Positions 61,706-64,000 of a stretch of 64,000 nt of DNA are shown piece by piece. Within the stretch, counting starts at the first letter, position 1. Every line of letters starts with the position of its first letter. Origin of the DNA: the human T2T-CHM13v2.0 reference genome, Homo sapiens; the NCBI RefSeq assembly GCF_009914755.1, contig NC_060935.1; one strand, written 5' to 3'. The translations under genes and the position numbers were made by a program. The notes under the pieces are model-generated. The model had not been told where the DNA came from, did no database searches, and was given only the letters and a program-made list of their open reading frames with translations.

Positions 61706-62870
61706 CTACTAGGAATAGTGTTTTATCCATGTTCCAGGTCTTGTTATCCCCATTTTTAGAAGAGGAAGGCTCTATGTTAATGGGCTTGTGGACCTGGTCT
61801 ACTATAGGAAGGTTAATGGGTTCTCCAAGTAAGGCCATTCATTATTACCCATGTGTATGTATCACTTCCTTGAATGATTCTGGCAGTTGGAGCAAAGCTA
61901 ACTCATTACTACAACAGTCAAAGAATGAAAAATGGCCACTGTGATGAGCCTCCCTTTTTTACTCTAGTAACACAATTACAATTTGATTATAGATTTTTGT
62001 TGTTGTGAATATAACAAAGGCATGTTGCTCCCCCCAAAACTGGCCTACAGAGAAGAGGGAAAAAAATTAATCCAGAATCCCACGGCCCCAACACACCCGC
62101 TGTTTGCATTCCTGTTAGGAACCGAGTGTGGCTTTCATTTGCTTGGCTGGCTTGCAGGATGGCTGGGTGGGGAGGGGGCTCCTGCCGGCTGCGACTTATG
62201 CTTCACACGTGCACGGGCCATATGGCAACACCAGTGTGCATGTGCAGGGGAGGGGCCGCTGCCTTGACCCCGGGCTTTCCATTGGGTGCCTCTGTTTTCA
62301 AATCATCTTTGGTCCGAATCCTATCATCTCCTCTCTTAGGGACAGGTGGATGTAGATGGGGAAGCTGGAACTCAAACTACCCCCTTTGCTTATGTTGTGT
62401 TGTAATCCGCGCAGCGGAGCAAAGCTCCCCAGAGTTGGCAGCCCCTGAAATTCAGGGCAGGTCTGACATTTGCTCTCCACTCTGCCCTGCACTCTTCTTT
62501 CTTAAGGCCCCCTAGCCCTCCGCTGCCTCAAAGGGATCAGCGCTCACTGCATCTTTCTTCACGAATCTAATTGTAAAGGATCAGGCACCTACCAGGATGC
62601 AGTTATACTTTGCTGCTGCTTCGTATTCTTCATTTTTGGGGTAACAGTTTTGTTAACCTTTGCTTTCGCACACCCAGGTGTCGGATGAGGTCTTTTGGCC
62701 CCTTAAGACCTACTTAGATTGGCTCCAGCCCTCCTGTTGCCTGCTGCTGGAGGTGTAATGTTCACGATTCCTGTAAATTCCTCAGGCACTTATGTTCTAG
62801 TTTCTGTCTTTGAGCTCTTGCTTCACTGAACTAGCTCAAGGTAGGGACTCTTTGTTCCTGTTCTTCATAG

Positions 62871-63482
<612 letters not shown>

Positions 63483-64000
63483 TAATCCTTTTAATTCCTT
63501 CAAACCACCCACCTGAACTCACCATTCACAAGTACAGAGAAGACTCTAATGAGGGTTGGGGAATCCTAAGGGTTTGCCTTGCAGTGAAGCAGATGGCTTT
63601 ACAAGGGAAACCCTGCCTCCTTGTTCTGAAAAGTTCCTGGCCAATTCTAAAAACTTTAAATCCCCCAGCCTTCTGCGCCCGTCTATCCATTTTCTCTCTT
63701 CCCTTTCATCCTCAACCCCCACATTCCTCATGAGTTCTCACTCAGAGTTCTTGAGCTTTCTTTAGTCAACTTCCTACTGGGAATGACCCGTTCCTGCAGG
63801 GTCTCACCTTCCAAGCCCAAGAAGCTCATCAAGTTGTTTTTTTTTCCCACCTTGTAAACAAGACAGTTTCCTTCTCAAGGGGTGTTAAGATAATAAAAAT
63901 TTTACCTTGTTGTTTAATTATCCGCTTTCTGGAGGAAAAAACCTCAATCAATTCTACTCTTCTGAAATAAGGAACAAATATTGTGTACAAAACAGAAAGA

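Overview
Primate (human or great-ape-like) genomic DNA, not prokaryotic. The first ~12.5 kb holds the last nine coding exons of HIPK3 (+ strand; all GT-AG, phases consistent; ends ...LSQYPYM, stop at 9082-9084), including a 63-nt symmetric cassette exon and a ~3.45 kb 3'UTR. About 19 kb of repeat-rich intergenic DNA follows, then a CpG island (~31400-32430) with the first coding exon of KIAA1549L (ATG 32124, donor after 32361). The rest is the start of its large first intron. Most ORF-track entries are Alu, microsatellite or GC-rich artefacts. The most unusual structures are: (1) a ~200-bp non-Alu inverted duplication (57295-57496 / 58176-58375) that could form a long dsRNA stem in the KIAA1549L pre-mRNA; (2) a mosaic templated insertion with a snap-back scar (38227-38509); (3) convergent AluJ elements tightly bracketing six HIPK3 exons, a circRNA-type layout; (4) an Alu-Alu recombination tandem duplication with a chimeric Alu; (5) a tailless internal L1 fragment with a perfect 17-bp TSD; (6) an in-frame uORF that stops 9 nt before the KIAA1549L ATG. 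I see no evidence of a new multi-gene system. Gene names and repeat subfamilies come from recall, and repeat boundaries are by eye and approximate.
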